A DNA stretch of 61,680 nucleotides, the filler included, from Choristocarpus tenellus KU-1152 (taxonomy: Eukaryota > Protista > Phaeophyceae), in NCBI GenBank assembly GCA_964200185.2. It is 10 parts of 10 records of this genome, joined end to end, with 100 filler letters (N's around TTAATTAATTAA, not from the genome) between each part and the next. Parts side by side here need not be neighbours in the genome. Positions count along the whole stretch, not along the records: positions 1 to 5,435 come from CAXNAD020010788.1; positions 5,536 to 21,436 come from CAXNAD020000908.1; 8 more parts are not named here. One strand, 5' to 3'. Shown here one piece after another: positions 1 to 13,263 of this stretch (position 1 is its first letter; each line of letters opens with the position of its first letter). Below the pieces are notes generated by a model. That model saw only the letters and a list, made by a program, of their open reading frames with translations. It did no database searches and was not told the DNA's origin. Position numbers and translations under genes: made by a program.

Positions 1-21
1 CCCCCCCAGATACTTTGACCC
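1..21. mobile_element. Terminal inverted repeat of the G(G/A)(G/C)TCAAAGTATCT MITE family at the window start
   Basis: CCCCCCCAGATACTTTGACCC is the reverse complement of the terminus at 5414 and matches termini at 21280, 21537, 36616, 36807, 45325, 59031 and 59249. Confidence 0.8.
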
Positions 22-1407
22 ATTATAATATAGTAATCACACAATAAAAATTAATTGTGCCATTGGTGTTTGTTTGCGCTATGTATAGTCCATCGCTTTC
101 CTGGAACAAAGACGGATAAAGCTGCCACAATAGGCAAATAGTCTGCTAGAGAGGTGGAGCAGTATCTCTTAGAGAGTCCTAGGTGCACACCATTATGATG
201 ATGGGTGCATACCATCGTGATAATGACCCCTCACACAAAAGTATAGTCCTTTCATGAGGCCACACTCACTCACTACTATACCTTGGACCTCCTCTAGAAA
301 CGTGTGCAAATATTTTCAAATGCTTGTGGTACAAGATTGTTTTGATCTTCATTTTCTCTTCATCCATAAAAGTGTGAACTTTTTAAGAGCATCATGTCCT
401 TCTTGGAAACGAATATCACCATGATAACCTCTTGTCCACATGTCAACCACTTTCCATCTGGTGTCCTTTTACAGATTCACCGTCCATATTGCTTTTATCA
501 CTTTGCTTTCTACAACCCAGCAATCTTCTCGCCCACCCATACGAAATTTAACCTGCATCGTCTTTCCTTCCCTGTTATATGGGAATAATGACATAGAGCA
601 TAAAAGAAGTACATATTTATTACTTTACGCCATTACTGATAGGCCCTTTTTCTGAGGGGTATTATGCCACCGTTTCATATAATAAAAAAAATGACTGCGT
701 TAGAAACTGCACCAGGACCATCTGAACCTGGGGTAGAAATTTCTGTCTCTTCTCCTGTTTTATAGAGCAGTGATATTGTACCAATAGTGCCTCAGGGTAT
801 TATAGGGGGACATAAATATACGGACCTGTGTGCTCTAAGGTTGGGTGAAGGAATATGGTCCACAAATAAATTTTCCTCGTGCATATTCAGGAAGATATAG
901 AAGAAAGCAATGAATTGTCTATTGTGTAGATCCTTTGCACAGCAGGTTCCATCCCTTGACAAAGGATACAGTTCAGGTCATCAGAAACAATGTCATCCCT
1001 CTTTTTAACACTTCCATGATGTGTGAAAACAATAACCAGGGACAACAATACAACTAAGGGAGTTTTTTTTTAGCATTTAACACACGTTCTTTTCCATCAT
1101 TATTGGAAATTAGGTGATGCATGGGTATATATTGGGGTTCTTATTTTTTCGTGTTGTTCCTTATTAATACATACAACGGGCATCAATTTGCCGTTCATCG
1201 TGTGGCATCCCTACTCACTGTTTAGCACTCTTTAAAACTCGAATGCATCTTCACAGATAACACATGCGTCACATCAGAGTCGTTTACTTCACAACTGGGA
1301 GCGCAGTCAAAGTGGGGTGAATGAGTCTAAGTTGTACCATTGCTCCACAGTATACAGATCATACAAATAATACATATATATATATATATTGATGCTTACT
1401 GAGAGGC

Positions 1408-1662
1408 AAATCAATTGAGAGGTAGGCAGGTTTTTACCCTATTGTCTTTTAAGCCATATTTCTTACCTTGTGCAATGCACCCTATTTCATTGATTGGTGC
1501 TCACAAAAATTAATCTAAAATTGACATTCCCCTTTTACACACAAAATCTGATACTACGAATCAGCAAAGGGTATTTTTTCAATGGTACAAAATTACATAT
1601 TTTGCTCTTTCTCAGATCGTTAAAATGGAGCCCTGCCTACTCCTCAGTTGGTTTGACTCTGA
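1408..1662 (-). repeat. Diverged copy of an unidentified decayed coding repeat (second copy 35798-36050)
   Basis: Both copies begin with CAATTGAGAGGTAGGCAGG, end with CTCAGTTGGTTTGACTCT, and are colinear in between. Confidence 0.7.
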
Positions 1663-4156
1663 CGTTTTGTATATGGTGTGAGGGGGAGGAATAACACGTA
1701 CGAAGAACACGTGTGAGATGGAAACAAAAACGTACAACAAGAAAATAGCCTACTACAGTGTTTAGAAGAGAACACAACGAAAACCAAACCAATTGCTTCG
1801 TAGTACTACGTGTTATCCCAAAGCAATCGTATTGGTACCAACAAACGGTTATCCAAGCCTTCCTGCTATTGGCAATAATACTATTTAAAAGCTGGTCCCC
1901 TTTAGTTATTATCTTAATCCTACCAACTAATTTTGAATTTGTTATTTATTTCGATCATATTTCGAAGAGTACACGCTTTACACAATTGCGGTCTTAAGTG
2001 TTAAGGTAGAAGTCAACTAGGATAGCAGGGAGTGTGGGCGGTTTCCACCTGCTGTCAAACAGACACACAAAATACGCAAGTATACTCCTGACGATAGATT
2101 TAGCATAAGTTACACTCCAACATATATAGAGTATGGTAGCCAGACCCTACGTATACAAACCTGGGATCTTTATGGTATTTTAGATTATTGACACGACAGA
2201 CGATTTGAAACATGCAATTCAAAATATAATTTTGTTGCAAAAAGTGTCTTAAATTAGTTGCGTACTCCACCACGCGATGTGGGGCTTTGAATCACATATC
2301 ATTATCGTAGTCTTTTGGTTATTTGGGAACTATGATACACGTTTCCACTGCTGCACATTCCACATTTCTCAATATCATATAACCGTTACTCAAACCTTTT
2401 CACTCCGCACATTCTCAACAACTGACATCTGGGATGGTTTCATGCCAATGCTGCTCCCTTCCACTGACTTTGTCCTATCATCGATAACCTTTCTCAACCC
2501 TTGTCCAATAAAAAAAATAGTCTGTTAAAAGCTCCTCTGTAATCTCATCCCCTCTTATCCGTCACACAACAGGGGTTCCCTTTATCCAACATTCCCTTCG
2601 CTCTGCTTCTTTCTCGTTGATCATGTGGGCATGTCTAATGTATTGTCACTAGACGGTGCTGCTAGTAACAATCTACAGTAGTGTCACTCATAGTCACATC
2701 TTTCCCCCACCCCAATCCCCCAATACAATCAATAATATCCTTGCGTCTTCTCGTCAGTTCCTGCTATCCTGTTCTTCGTACACTGTCACTTTATCCAACC
2801 ACAACCATCCCTTAAATCGAGAGTGCAGAGGCAGAGCTCCTTCACTTAACGTGCTACCAAGGTGCTGCCTACGATTGCACGATGTATTCCCTTTCCGTTT
2901 TCTGTCAACACATACTCACAACCTACTGTATTGGTTGACCTCTGCATACATTGAGCAATATACGCGGATATCCTTGTCCTTACGCACATGCGTATCTACA
3001 TCCAGTTTTTCTGCACAGGTCGAAGGTAGCAGCATTTCAAATCCCTTGTTTGCACCCCCCTTTTCCTTTTGCCTTCGTGTCTTCTTTACACTACGAGGCA
3101 CAGAGGGGTAATGATAGGTTATTCCTCATAGAGGAGCATTATTGATTGATGGTATACAAATAAATAAATAAATAAATGTCTGCTTGTCCATAACGATTCT
3201 AGAACGGTCAATATTAAAGGTTAAAGAAGCACATGGCCATGTGAAGGTGACAAAGCTGAGGAACGGGGAAAGGCACAAATGCTCAAATGCCCCTCACCAA
3301 CAAGAATGCCACTGGGACACCGAGTTGTGCTATTCAGAAGACTCACGTCCAAATTATTACTCGTTGTATATGATGCTCTATTATCATAGCTCCACATCAA
3401 CTTCCAAACATCTAACATAGAAAGGGATGAATACTATATGCAGCAAGTACAAGTAAATGTATACGTCTACATTTACACGTTTACATCTATCTCGAGGTTC
3501 ACCTCCAAAGATACAAGTATTCGCTTTCTGCTCTTTGTACAGGTAGGGCATATGCAGAAAATAACTTGACTTGGGTAGAAAAATTCTTCTTATAGTAGAT
3601 CGCTCAATCTACCAAACCATTGCCAATAATAGAGTTTTCCTCCAAATTTCTCACTATAAATTGTTTGGGTCAAAAATGCAGGCCATTTCCATTGGGATTT
3701 ATGATGTTTTAGTCTCGACTCCACCTCAAAGAAGTGCTACAAAAAAGTTGAAATACAAAAAAGCTCTAACATTTTGTTAATGTATTGGGTGCTGAAGAGA
3801 CCCTCACTCAAACTCATCACTCACTTGTGAACTCGTTCAAGTTGATTCTAAACCTGCAAAGTATTTTTTAATCCAGCAAAGATTTGAATTTGAAATTCTA
3901 TACGTGGAGAATCGTATATTATAGTATCAATGGTGATGGATACTTACCGAGGACCCTCCACTGTCCCAAACTACAATGTTCAAAATCCTGTTCACCACTT
4001 CCTATTTCATTTCTCACACTTGTTTTTTTCTGTGAGTGGATACATATGACCTGGTCCAAATAGGAACCAATAGCTTCTTCTAGTATTCAAGGTGGATCGG
4101 GGATTAATTCTAGGTTTGGTTTAGTTTACGGAACGATATAAATAGGAGAAAACTAG

Positions 4157-4923
4157 GGCTTTTCTCCAGGCCAGAAAATTAAAATATTCCCGTCTGGTGG
4201 ATTTTACATGTCCTGGTCCATGTCTGCTGCCCGGACTGGGTCAATCATTCTCTAACATGTCCAGACTATGTTCACTGGGTAGTTAGTTGTATCGGTCCGT
4301 GTCCGCAGGCTGGTTAGTCTTTAATCTGTCATGTCTAGACCATGTTCACTATGATGTGTTGTACTTAGTCCACGATGAAAAATGTGTACATGTCAAGGGT
4401 TTAGTTGAACTCCAGTATTATGTGGACTCTCTCAAAATCTTGTTGGTTTGAAGTCATGAAGAATAAATTATATGTGCAGTGAAAATGTTAAGAGGTAGAC
4501 GTGTGTGGATTATTTTTAAATGATGTATTTGCTAATAATTCACAACATTTTATATTTAGACGAATTAGGTTCAAAATACAGTATAGAGTGTCAAAATACA
4601 GTGAAGAGTGTCAAAATACATCATGAAGTCAAAAATCACCTCAACCACTGAAACATCAACACACAACGACTATGTATATTTGTATTTAATCTTATATTTT
4701 CAACAGTAGTATGAAAATGAGCAAAATTGGAAAAATATCCAATTATGGAGAAATGTTTCAACATGGCCGAGTCGATGGCCGTCACGACTCAACGAGACCT
4801 GCCTGCCAACCATGTACAATCTAGTTTAGTCGAAATGTTCGAGTCCATGGTCGTTGACCGTTTCAACACAACAACGAACCAGCCCACAGCCATATGGCCC
4901 AGTGAAAAGCCCTGGAGAAAACC
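4157..4923. mobile_element. Putative non-autonomous DNA element with internal CATGTCC(G/A)GACCATG sub-repeats
   Basis: Imperfect terminal inverted repeats GGCTTTTCTCCAGG (4157) and CCTGGAGAAAACC (~4911-4923). Segment 4190-4480 is homologous to 19030-19497. Confidence 0.45.
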
Positions 4924-4934
4924 GTTTACGTTTT

Positions 4935-5413
4935 AATTATATTATTATGCCCTCTGACATTTTCTCTAGACGCGTTGGGGGGGACACCAATGAAAACTAT
5001 TAACATGTCAGTAAAATCCCTAAAATAGTAACAGTTGTCGTAAAATACGAAAGACAATTATTAATCTATTTACTACTTTACTACCAGCTATGCTGCAACA
5101 CTGTCTTCCTGTACCTCCAACCTAGATTAGTCCTGCACCCCAGGGAGAGGAGCTAGGGAAGCATCCCAAGAATTTAACAAGCCCCTCCTAGTCCATCTCC
5201 CTATTGTCTCCAGCTTAAAACGCGTGACAAGTCTAGATAGGGATACTTGCACATTGTGACTGGGACTATCGGTCGTAGATGGGATTTGACAGCCTTCTTT
5301 CTGCTGCAACCTCCTGTCCCTCTCCCCCGTACCGCGTCTGTGCCTAGCTCATCCAGAAAGCTTTCCACTTGCTTACCGAGCCGCCCAAAACTTTCCGCCG
5401 CGAAGGTAACTGA
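4935..5413 (-). mobile_element. 3' fragment of a CRE-like (restriction-like endonuclease) non-LTR retrotransposon
   Basis: Minus strand encodes TFAAESFGRLGKQVESFLDEL...VQVSLSRLVTRFKL...SWDASL, homologous to 19700-20000. A 3' UTR follows, ending in AAATGTCAGAGGGCATAATAAT. Interrupted at 5414 by a MITE. Confidence 0.8.
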
Positions 5414-5435
5414 GGGTCAAAGTATCTGGGGGGGG
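5414..5435. mobile_element. MITE terminal inverted repeat running into poly-G at a contig end
   Basis: GGGTCAAAGTATCTGGGGGGGG. Confidence 0.8.
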
Positions 5436-5535
5436 NNNNNNNNNNNNNNNNNNNNNNNNNNNNNNNNNNNNNNNNNNNNTTAATTAATTAANNNNNNNNN
5501 NNNNNNNNNNNNNNNNNNNNNNNNNNNNNNNNNNN
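5436..5535. other. Artificial contig-joining linker (first of nine)
   Basis: 44 N + TTAATTAATTAA (stops in all six frames) + 44 N. Identical copies at 21437-21536, 30527-30626, 36656-36755, 45034-45133, 48103-48202, 50933-51032, 55606-55705 and 59058-59157. Confidence 0.98.
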
Positions 5536-5539
5536 AAAA

Positions 5540-5619
5540 AAAAACATACGGGCACTTTCCACGCATCATTTTGGGTCAAACTCATCCTCCATAGCATGCT
5601 CCATCCTCGATTTTGAGCC
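5540..5619. repeat. Dispersed repeat end, second copy at ~6410-6485
   Basis: Shared ACTTTCC.CGCA.CATTTTGGGTCAAACTCAT.CTCCATAGCATG. This copy ends in TTTGAGCC, like the MITE termini. Confidence 0.65.
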
Positions 5620-8600
5620 TCCTTTAATACAGGTTGGTCCTTCATAAAATCTTTTATGTTCAAACGAATTATAGATGCAAAAGCAAAAGGTGGAGGAGCT
5701 TAAATCACTCGACTATGCAGTGGTGGAGGATATACATACATACGCTAAAAGACAAGTCAGCATGCAAAGCGTGCCGGCGAACGAGAAACTTTCACCGTTG
5801 TCTGTTGTGTCCTGTTCATTGTATACATACTTTTTTTCATTACGAATAACGTCAAAGTGTAGGCTGAGGTCGCCTCTGGTATTGAGATTGGCCTCTGTGT
5901 ACATACGTATCGCCTCTAAAATGAAAGATGATCACGCAATCGGCTCAACGTAGTAACTCTTTTGTGAATAACCTTTCTTACTAAACGTGCCAGAATTACA
6001 CAACAGTAACAGCCATTAAAGCTAGTACTATATGCCATGTACAAGCTTTTCATTTATGTATAGAATGAAACATATGTTCCTTCTTCTTTGTGGACTTGGT
6101 TTGTTTTTTTGGTGGATGTGACCGATCTATCCCTTTCTTGTACAAACCACATCACCCTCGAGTAGATATTTCTAACTAGTAGAAGAAGACGTATGTATTT
6201 ATGTACTTATTTATGTACAAACCATACATGTAAGCATGCCAAAGCCGTTACCGGCTCCCCCCTGGGGGGCCAGTCTATCCTTGTACCTTTGGCTTGGTCG
6301 AGGTTGCTTCCAAATTGTTAAGGACGCCTTCCACAAGCACCGAAATATTTTTGAACAAAAATATATCCCATTCAAAAAGGGGGCCTTAAAAACTGCCGCA
6401 ACATTTACAAAAAACGTATGGACACTTTCCGCGCACCATTTTGGGTCAAACTCATTCTCCATAGCATGTTCCAACCTATATTTTGGTGAGAGGCTGTTAA
6501 GTCCGTCTTTAGAGCGTCCTTCCAAAATGATGCTTTCCTGTGGCTGGAAGCCGTCACAACAGGATAGGATCGTGGTTGAGGTGTCAGGATATTAGACAAT
6601 CAGGGAACTCCACTGCCATCTGAATAGCCTCATGAATCCCCTCCTTAATAATCACGGCTTTGGCTATGGCAGGCACTAACTAGTGTACCTTCCGAAGTAC
6701 CTCTGTCGCCCTCTGACGAACTAACTCTCTTCCAACGCTGAGATTTGGCTGTGGTCCGCTTAGATGTCTTGAAAATATCTATTAGTTAGCGCAGCCTTTG
6801 ATCACGCAAGACATCGCGAGAAACCTTTCCGTTCTCTACAGATTCGCAATGTTCTCCCGTACACAACCTTCTCGTTAGTGTTATCTATCTCCTCAATCAT
6901 CTTCAACTAATACAACAATAGGTGGAATGTCCTCTCCGGTTTCCTGCCTGCAATCCGTTCTTCGTGGTACTGGAGCACGATAAGCTTCAGACACCGATCT
7001 AGTTGAGGTTCCTCTGGGTAAAACCCGGACAGGAACCCCTTGTACAAGACGTTCACTGCTGGTATCACAAGATCATGCACATAGGTAGGACACAACACGG
7101 GATTACCTCACATTTCAACTATCTCCTCACCATACACAGCCTTTAGAATGCATCAGAAAATTTCATCAGTTCCATCTAGCTTAAAACTCAAAGACCAAAA
7201 AAAATTCCTGCGAAATTGAACTTTGCAGTTCAATTAGCGACTCTGCGGTCAAAGGATTCTGTGCTACAAAGGTATTACACGTCAGACATCAATAAATAAA
7301 AAGATGTTACACAACTTGGGATTGGGGGTAAAGGAGTTGGGTACAAATCAACACTGATCATCCGCGGTTAAGACAATGAAAGAGAAAAACACAAATCATC
7401 ATTGAGTGAGGTAGGTACAATGCACCTAAAAACGTCAATGGAGCGTGTACAAAAACACTACACATAGCGCGAGATTGGACTTCATTTATTAAAGTCCCAT
7501 TATCGAAAAACTCTACTATGCATGACATTTCACACTTCTTCCTTCTGACAGAACTGAACAACCAAAACAAAGTCACTTTCAACCAAATATCACTGTGTCT
7601 TACTCAAGAAAAACGGAGACAACCATTCGAAGTTCACGTATTATTGGTGCCAGGTCACACCTGCCTTGATAAACTGCCCATATAGCAGCATACTGATGTA
7701 GATGTTCTATTTTCCAAACCTTCAAGGATGGAAGAGAAAACGCTAGAACAAATAGCTATAGCTACCTCCATTCAACGCATTGCACAACCCTTTTAGTCAA
7801 AGCAGGCCTCTTTGTAACCCCCCCCATAAAGTCAGCCAATGTAACATCCTACATTTACCTTGTACGTCCTCATCAACGAAATGCCAATTGTTTTACACAC
7901 TCGAACACAAATCCTCAAAACAGAAAAAAATGGCTGTCATTTTATACATCACTCATCAAGCTGAGTAAGCAAGAGAGGAACTGCATCAAGAATATTAAGA
8001 GGAACGAAAAAAGCATAAAACTAGTGTATACACTACTAAACTTACCAAGCAAAAAAAAAGACAACTCACACAGTAAAAACCAAATCAACTTAAAGGAATC
8101 CTCCATACACTGAAACATTTATCGAGCATGTATTCCAATGGTATTGGTTCACATTGCTCACTGACACCATCTATCTTAAACCAATCTCCAGCAGAATCAC
8201 GATCTCACAAAGAGAAATCCTTATACACACACATATATATCATACTTCAACCTTTCCCATATCAGCTAAGCACATATCCATCCTGAGTTTGACAGTCTTA
8301 TTTCCCAATCCACGAATGCACACCTATCATCCCCAGTATCACTGCCACATCTAGAATCATCTAAGTTCTGGAACTCAAGCAAATGATAACAATAAAAACC
8401 GCTCAAGTTAGGGCTAGGCTCTTAATTCTATTCCTCAATATCAACTCTCCCACTAAAACTTCACTGTCTTACCACACTCTCTCCACTGAAACATCTCACC
8501 CCCTCAGTTTCCTTCCTGATTAAAGGTTTCCAGAAAAGAAAAATCTTCACCCCAAAAAGTATAAAAAGTGTACAACACTAGGGTTAGTTTGTATGGTCAA

Positions 8601-9162
8601 GGTTGGCAGACACCAAGGCACCTTCTGGGATTGCACAATCCACAGCATCAGCTGCTAGTCAATGATGGCCTGTCCGTGCATTCTCTTGGGCTAAAATCGA
8701 GCTAGCAGTAGTCCGAGTGAGGAAGTGATAGAAAAAAAAGGACCAGTAAAATAACAAGGTCAGATTTCAACAAATAGAGCTCACAAGGAGATATGTACCA
8801 TACATAAAAAGGTAGAGTAGACATAGCACAGGATCGCAAAAAAACATTAACTGTGATGTTTATTGTACCACCATAAATTATGACAACTAATCAAGAACAT
8901 TGTGATGTGTAGCCACTAAAGTATTGTTCCTTGTTGAGAGGGAGAAGTTTCATAAACGTACAAGGCATGAGAACAAAAATGCCTTCAAATCACATCAAGC
9001 AATAATATGGATCTTGTTAGAATGCTGTCATTGAGTCACCAGTTAACTCAAACCTAAAGAGCAAGCAACAGATATAATTGGGAATAATAACCTCTCCTTG
9101 AATTGTGAGAAGGAATATAATTGTAACATTAAGCAGCGAAAGCAACAAGCAAGAGATGATAC

Positions 9163-11008
9163 CTTAGCAAATCGATTCTTGCCTGCTCCTCCAGCCCATC
9201 CGGCTCCTCAAATGTGGACCAGTCTTCCCATTTCCTAGCCCAGCACTCAGAGATGATTTTTTCAAATAGTCAGGTGAAGTCTCAGGCAGTTGAGGGTGCT
9301 CTCCTTCACACACTTCATACCCAATTGCATCGTGTATTCTCCTGTTTACCCCTCTGGGTGGTGATATCTAAAACTCGTGAGAGTCCAAAGTCTGCCACCT
9401 GTGAGGTATATGGTGAACATCCGTTTGGCAGGACAAGGAGGTGATCATCAATGACTAGTGACATAAAGTTCACCAATCTGAACAAACAAACCTTTTCTTA
9501 AATGCATGAGATTGCCGCAACACCTTACTCTGAAACCAAAATTTTTCAACCGTAAAAAGCTGCACAGCAGAAGAACCCAAAAGTCAGTCGAGAAATGCAG
9601 TTGCTTAAGGTCGTGGATGGTTGTGAAGTATACACAAAAACATGACACCTCCACATAGTTATGGTACTTCTCCCTGGGGTCCTAAAAACCAACGACAGAA
9701 AGTCTAAAATGATCCACTATTACATGTCCATGTCCAGACTTCAAACATTCACATGAATGACATGCCAGAGATAAACCCCAAAATCACTTTTTAAAGGAAA
9801 TTACAATATCATGTCATCACATATTCCTTACAAAAGACCAACTCAACAATTCGAACCATTATGAACAGAATGTGCAGACAAGAGAATCATTCGCACTCAC
9901 ACTAGTTAAAATGAGATATAGGTAGACAATTGTCAGTCATCTAGACACCCATCTCCAGTCAAATTGAGGAGCAGTTGAAATACGACAATCTTCAACGGAC
10001 GGTCTACACTTGGGTGCAACAAGATATGTCAAACTCAATAGAAATTATCAAGGAGAACCAAAGCAATGCTTTCCTCTGTTTCAACTTCCTGTCAGGCTTC
10101 TTACCTTCGCCGTTATGTTGCCATCCAGGAGAATGTTAACAGACTTGAGACCTCTGTGCACCAATCTTATTGGCATGTATATACTTCATTCCTTCAACCA
10201 CATCAAAGATTATACTCTTCCCAACCGCTGTAATTGACCCAGAATTCCAAGAAGCTTTGTTGAGGAATGTTCTTAAGTCTCCATGTGATCAAAACTCAGT
10301 CACTATGACACACTATCATTTCACCAATCAACAACCACAAGGCAGAGATGTGTAAGGAAGATTGCCTGTCAAAACTTGGATTGTATACAATCTCTTGACT
10401 ATAATCCTAACTCCAACATGAACATACAATATACTTGACGAGATTAATAAACTGTATTGAAAATAGGTTTGACACGAGACAAGAAAGAGGTCAAATTTGC
10501 TCAGTGGCTTCCACAACATCAATCCCCAAACAAAAACAAAGATTTCTCACCACCTCTGACTCATGTAGTACAACATCGACAAGTCTAACCACATAAGGCA
10601 ATGTCTCTAATGTTATCATGTTGTCGACTTCCGAATTTATTAGCTGTAGTTCCTGTTCGACCTCATAACCATCACCCTAACCCTAACCGTAGTTTGTTTT
10701 TGACCTTATCCAACCCTAAGACCGCATGAGGGAACATCGCAGCAACATAAACGCCCTTGTAGCCCACAAGATACACCTGAAGAGGCAAAAAGAGGTTTTA
10801 CAATGACATTGATGTTTTAGAATCCTGGTATAGACAGAATATGTATTACACAACACCTTTTTTGGAGTAAAGTGCTTTGGGGCCACTATGATGGCAAATA
10901 TATATTACAGTAATACCAGAAGAATAAACAGATACAAACACCCTACATTTGAAGTGTGTATGCTCAGTTGTAAATTTGTAAGTTGACCTCTAATGAGCAG
11001 TTTAGGTA
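9163..11008 (-). pseudogene. TKL-type protein kinase domain exons of the ROCO locus
   Basis: ~10735-10776 VYLVGYKGVYVAAM. 10551-10652 ELQLINSEVDNMITLETLPYVVRLVDVV. 10105-10312 CVIVTEF*SHGDLRTFL..DVVEGMKYIH../LVHRGLKSVNILLDGNITAK. 9163-9398 VADFGLSR../..PQLPETSPD../..IISECWAR..STFEE. A weaker first exon lies at ~10941-11008. Confidence 0.88.
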
Positions 11009-11146
11009 CTCTGACAGGTACATTTGGAACATATTCAAAACAATCATTCATCTCAAGCTACACACACCATGCACCACACTATATGCAACTATTGACAAGT
11101 TTCTCTTAACTTCATTTTAACCCTAAGCCCTAACCCCAACCCTAAA

Positions 11147-11787
11147 CTCTCTTTTGTTAATGTGTTTGGTTTACTCTTTTTCCTTCCTGTGCTACTCCAC
11201 AGGATGCGGTCTAGCTGAACCAGACTGAGGGTAAAGATTTCTTCTCTCCTGTGACATGCTGTGCCTAGACCCATATTGGTTGAACAAGCCTTTGCAGGAA
11301 CTGTTGGCAGTTGTCTGACACGGACCAGTAGGAGTTTTGGTTCAAGCAGCTGGATCAATATTGTGATGAGCATACGAAAGTTGATTTTTATAATCTGAAG
11401 GGAGTACATGATCAATACTGTGCAACTGGGAGGCTGACTGCTCTCTATCTGCGCTTCTTATGGCATGATCTTATCGACTATGATGATCAGTCGATGTTCA
11501 AAGGCCTGGTCAACACCATGTCAGAGCATGATGCCATGATGCAGATCACTTCTCCTGAGGCTAACAATACCCAGGGTGACCACTCCAACCCCCTTGATGA
11601 CTTTGAGCTGTTTGTGATGGTCCAACTTCCACTCCATCAGAAGGAACACCCTTGAGGAGTTTGTGTCATGTAAGCTCCTGAACAAGTGGCGACATGAGTT
11701 GATCTGTGCTTTCTTAGAGATATCCTTCACGTGACCTGATGGGGTTGATCATGGCTGCATTAATTCCTTGCAATGTGGACATTCATG
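11147..11787 (+). repeat. Inverted duplicate of the COR exon plus upstream intron (pairs with 12025-12692)
   Basis: Colinear reverse-complement match. For example, AGCTGAACCAGACTGAGGGTAAAGATTTCTTCTCTCCTGTG at ~11213 pairs with ~12570-12611. The duplicate keeps its acceptor CACAG at 11198-11202. Spacer ~237 bp. Confidence 0.95.
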
Positions 11788-11802
11788 TTATCCTGTGCTT
11801 AC

Positions 11803-12621
11803 CGGATTGCTAAACCAAACAAAGTTCAGGATAATGTTCTTTGAAAAGCTTTCCTAGTGCTTGTCGCAGCTCAGCTACCACCTTCTACACCTCACCCTCT
11901 TGTTTTACAGAAGTCACCAAAACCTCCAACCTTGCCCACTTACACTGTGAACTGGCAGGATGCACATACAAAAAAAAAACTCCGTCACCCTCATCTTCAA
12001 CAATGCCCCAGAGCCCCAGCATAGATGAATGTCCACATTCCAAGGAATTAACGCAGCCATGATCAACCCCATCAAGTCACGTGAAGGATGTCTCTGAGAA
12101 AACAAGGATCAACTTACGTCACCAATTGTTGTGGATCTTCCATGACACACACTCCTTAAGGGTGTTCCTTCCTGCTGGTGTGGAGTGGAAGTCAGACTAT
12201 CACAAACAGTTCAAGGTCATCATCAAGGGGGTTGGAGTTGTCACCCTGGGTACTCCTAGCCTCAGGAGAAGTATGTGCATCATGGCACCATGTTCTGACA
12301 TGGTGTTGAGCAGGCATTATAACATCAGCTGATCCTCATAGCCAACAGGATCACGCCATAAGAAGCGCAGATAGAGAGCAGTCAGCCTCCCAGTTGAACA
12401 GTATATATCATGTACCTCCTTGAGCTTGAAAGAATCAACTTCAGCATGTTCATCACAACACTGATCCAACTGCTCCATCCAATAGTCCTCATGGTTTTAT
12501 TCTGACAACCTGTGATCCAACAGTTCCTGCAAAGGCTTGTTCAACCAAGATGGGTCTAGGCACAGCATGCCACAGGAGAGAAGAAATCTTTACCCTCAGT
12601 CTGGTTCAGCTCAACTGCATA
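11803..12621 (-). pseudogene. COR-domain exon of the ROCO locus
   Basis: GMLCLDPSWLNKPLQELLDHRL...TGRLTALYLRFLWRD...LLNTMSEHG...HLCWGSG...LFKEHYPEL, with internal stops. Confidence 0.82.
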
Positions 12622-13263
12622 CTGTGCAATATAATATATAAAACAGCACAAAATGGATAGGAGAGTAAACCAAACACACTAACAAAAGAGAGAGATGGAA
12701 TGCTTGGCATATCAGATCTTTCTATACAGGTGTGTTACAGTAACCTACTCAATTTATCCATAGAAAAGTCACAAAATACAAAATGAAATAAAAGAGATGA
12801 AAATGAAGTTGGGCAAGATCGATAATTTGGTAGATAGGTTTGTGTTCAGTATGAGGATTCCAGCGAGAAAGTGGGACAATAGGTTTGGACATTAAACTCA
12901 TGTGGATGACCTACGGCTCTGGAATAAAGATTGTAGTACAGGATATGTACATTGCTGGAGAACCTATAAAGTAAACAGTCTCACATCCAAAAAACGATCT
13001 AATGTATGGATGGTAATTTAACATGTAGGGTCAGTATTGTAAACAACCAATCTAGCACCCAATGAGAAATGCCAATATGACAACAAAAAACAAGAGCGTA
13101 AAAAATATGCAAGGCGTATGATAGGTGCAAAGAACAGAAAAGTCAACCTGATACTCCAATATAGGAAACTGCCACTATGAAGCCAATTAGATCCAGTCAA
13201 ATACTGCAAAGAAGGCTGGTACAACGGACACAACAGAGTAAACACTACACAAAATTCATTCAC

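Noticed and set aside
5480-5491. TTAATTAATTAA palindrome as a biological site
   Set aside because: Always centred in N runs of fixed length, so it is a synthetic stop-codon linker.
9590-9660. IHDLK peptide in ORF 9448-9654 as the kinase catalytic loop
   Set aside because: The real loop (HRGLKSVNILL) lies in the exon at 10105-10312 and splices directly to VADFG. This match is intronic and probably chance.
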